A stretch of DNA of 63,874 nt, counting the filler, from Octopus bimaculoides (lineage: Eukaryota): the NCBI RefSeq assembly GCF_001194135.2. It is 4 parts of 3 records of this genome, joined end to end, with 100 filler letters (N's around TTAATTAATTAA, not from the genome) between each part and the next. Parts side by side here need not be neighbours in the genome. Positions count along the whole stretch, not along the records: positions 42,397 to 63,874 come from NC_068991.1; 3 more parts are not named here. One strand, given 5' to 3'. The translations under genes and the position numbers were made by a program. Positions 62,521 through 63,874 of the stretch are shown here, piece after piece. The notes beneath the pieces are model-generated. The model ran no database searches, had not been told where the DNA came from, and saw only the letters and a program-made list of their open reading frames with translations. Position 1 is the stretch's first letter; each line of letters begins with the position of its first letter.

Positions 62521-63874
62521 CACAAAATCTTTAAAAAACTCAGACATTTCAGCTGATAAGATGTATCTCACCACATTTTCTTCCACCTTCACACAAACTA
62601 TCCTCCCCATAATGTAAGTTAAAAGACAATTTCGTTTTATCTATTATTTTTGATCTAATTTTTTAATATATATTTTTGTCTACTTTTTAAAGTTTTAAAT
62701 ATTTAAATCAATTTTTAAAATAAAATTTTATTTTTATTCCAGGTTTTATACTTTAGTATATACACACCTTTTTATAATGCCTCATTTTCACGTATATCTA
62801 TAGGTCTAAAATAGCATATTACAAAATACCTACATTTGAAAGAGAATTGAAGATATACTTATAAACACACAGCCCACAGATCCTGCCTCCATAAAATACA
62901 ATGATTAAAACTTCTACATAGTAATCAAATTGCTTATAGAATAAAGAACGCTAGAGAGAAATATACAGGCCAACAACCTTTTCACCTACCAACACTCTCT
63001 TGAGAACATCAACGCGAAAAGTAATCAATTTCTATGCTTACAACACCATGGCACGCTCGACTAATAATCTCCACCTTCCAAATAAAAAGCGGAAATAACA
63101 TAAATAACATCAACAGCAAGTAAAAAAAACTACTGGCCAGCTAAAACTTACCAGCTACAACAGTTTTTCGTGAACCCTTAAAAATTCCATTAAAAGAAGC
63201 TGATGCATCCAATTACTAAGTCTTCAAAAGCTGGACTAAACTTGGAAAATTGCATTGCAAAAACGAAGGATTAAATCCAATAAAATAAAAATAGCTAAAA
63301 CAAATTATACATCTGCTGTCCAAAAGCGTCCTCAACCTACCTACTTCCTTTTTGTGAACCACTAAAACCCGATTCCATAATCTGAAACTGATACACCTAA
63401 ATATACACATCTGTTAACACTTCTATACGCATGAATAAATTCTGAATAAAAACGCATCCCCAAATTTAATCAATAAAATTTCTCCACAACGCTTCCATCA
63501 CAACCCACCCTGCAATCTAATTACCATTCAACTGAACCACACAAACCCCAGGAAAATCTCATCTCCACAGAGACGATATAAGGGCGAGATTAAATTAATG
63601 CATCACAGCCCGAAGATAATTTAGCAGGCCAAAACTTCGAAGTCACTGTCAATACTATTCTTGATGCAGAATCTTATGTGCGTGTGTGTTACCGTAATAT
63701 CAAACCCTAACTGACATGAACTTTGCGCGCACACACAAACACACATTCACACTCACACGCACACACATACATACACACAAACGCACACACACACATATAT
63801 ATATATATACATGTGCATACATGCCTATATATATGCATGTACGCATTTACATAAATACATATGTATATATATAT

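Overview
AT-rich, microsatellite- and transposon-dense animal genomic DNA. The repeat complement suggests a coleoid cephalopod, probably Octopus (inference, no database check). The window is stitched from four scaffolds joined by artificial 100-bp linkers (44 N + TTAATTAATTAA + 44 N, at 26894, 38437 and 42297). Two host genes are recognisable. (1) On the minus strand (1698-25115) are ten GT-AG exons of TONSL (Tonsoku-like): acidic linker, ankyrin repeats, long low-complexity linker, UBL domain and the first LRRs. Splice phases are consistent throughout. The TPR 5' half, the exon for the first ankyrin repeat and the last LRR exons are not visible. (2) On the plus strand is the first coding exon (JmjN domain) of a KDM5/JARID1 H3K4 demethylase (40979-41173), with no downstream exons in view. 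The rest is introns/intergenic DNA containing several tRNA-derived SINE families, mariner/piggyBac/hAT MITEs, and decayed CR1, RTE, Tx1/L1, R4-Dong-like and Penelope-like (PLE) retroelements. The most interesting signal is structural RNA. Minimal hammerhead-ribozyme folds with covarying stems occur in several PLE termini. A tRNA-headed SINE-like element carries such a hammerhead tail and is present as a head-to-head palindromic dimer (29467-30027). A (TAA)n-embedded non-coding element shows a partial HDV-like pseudoknot topology. There is no evidence for CRISPR arrays, rRNA or genuine tRNA genes.
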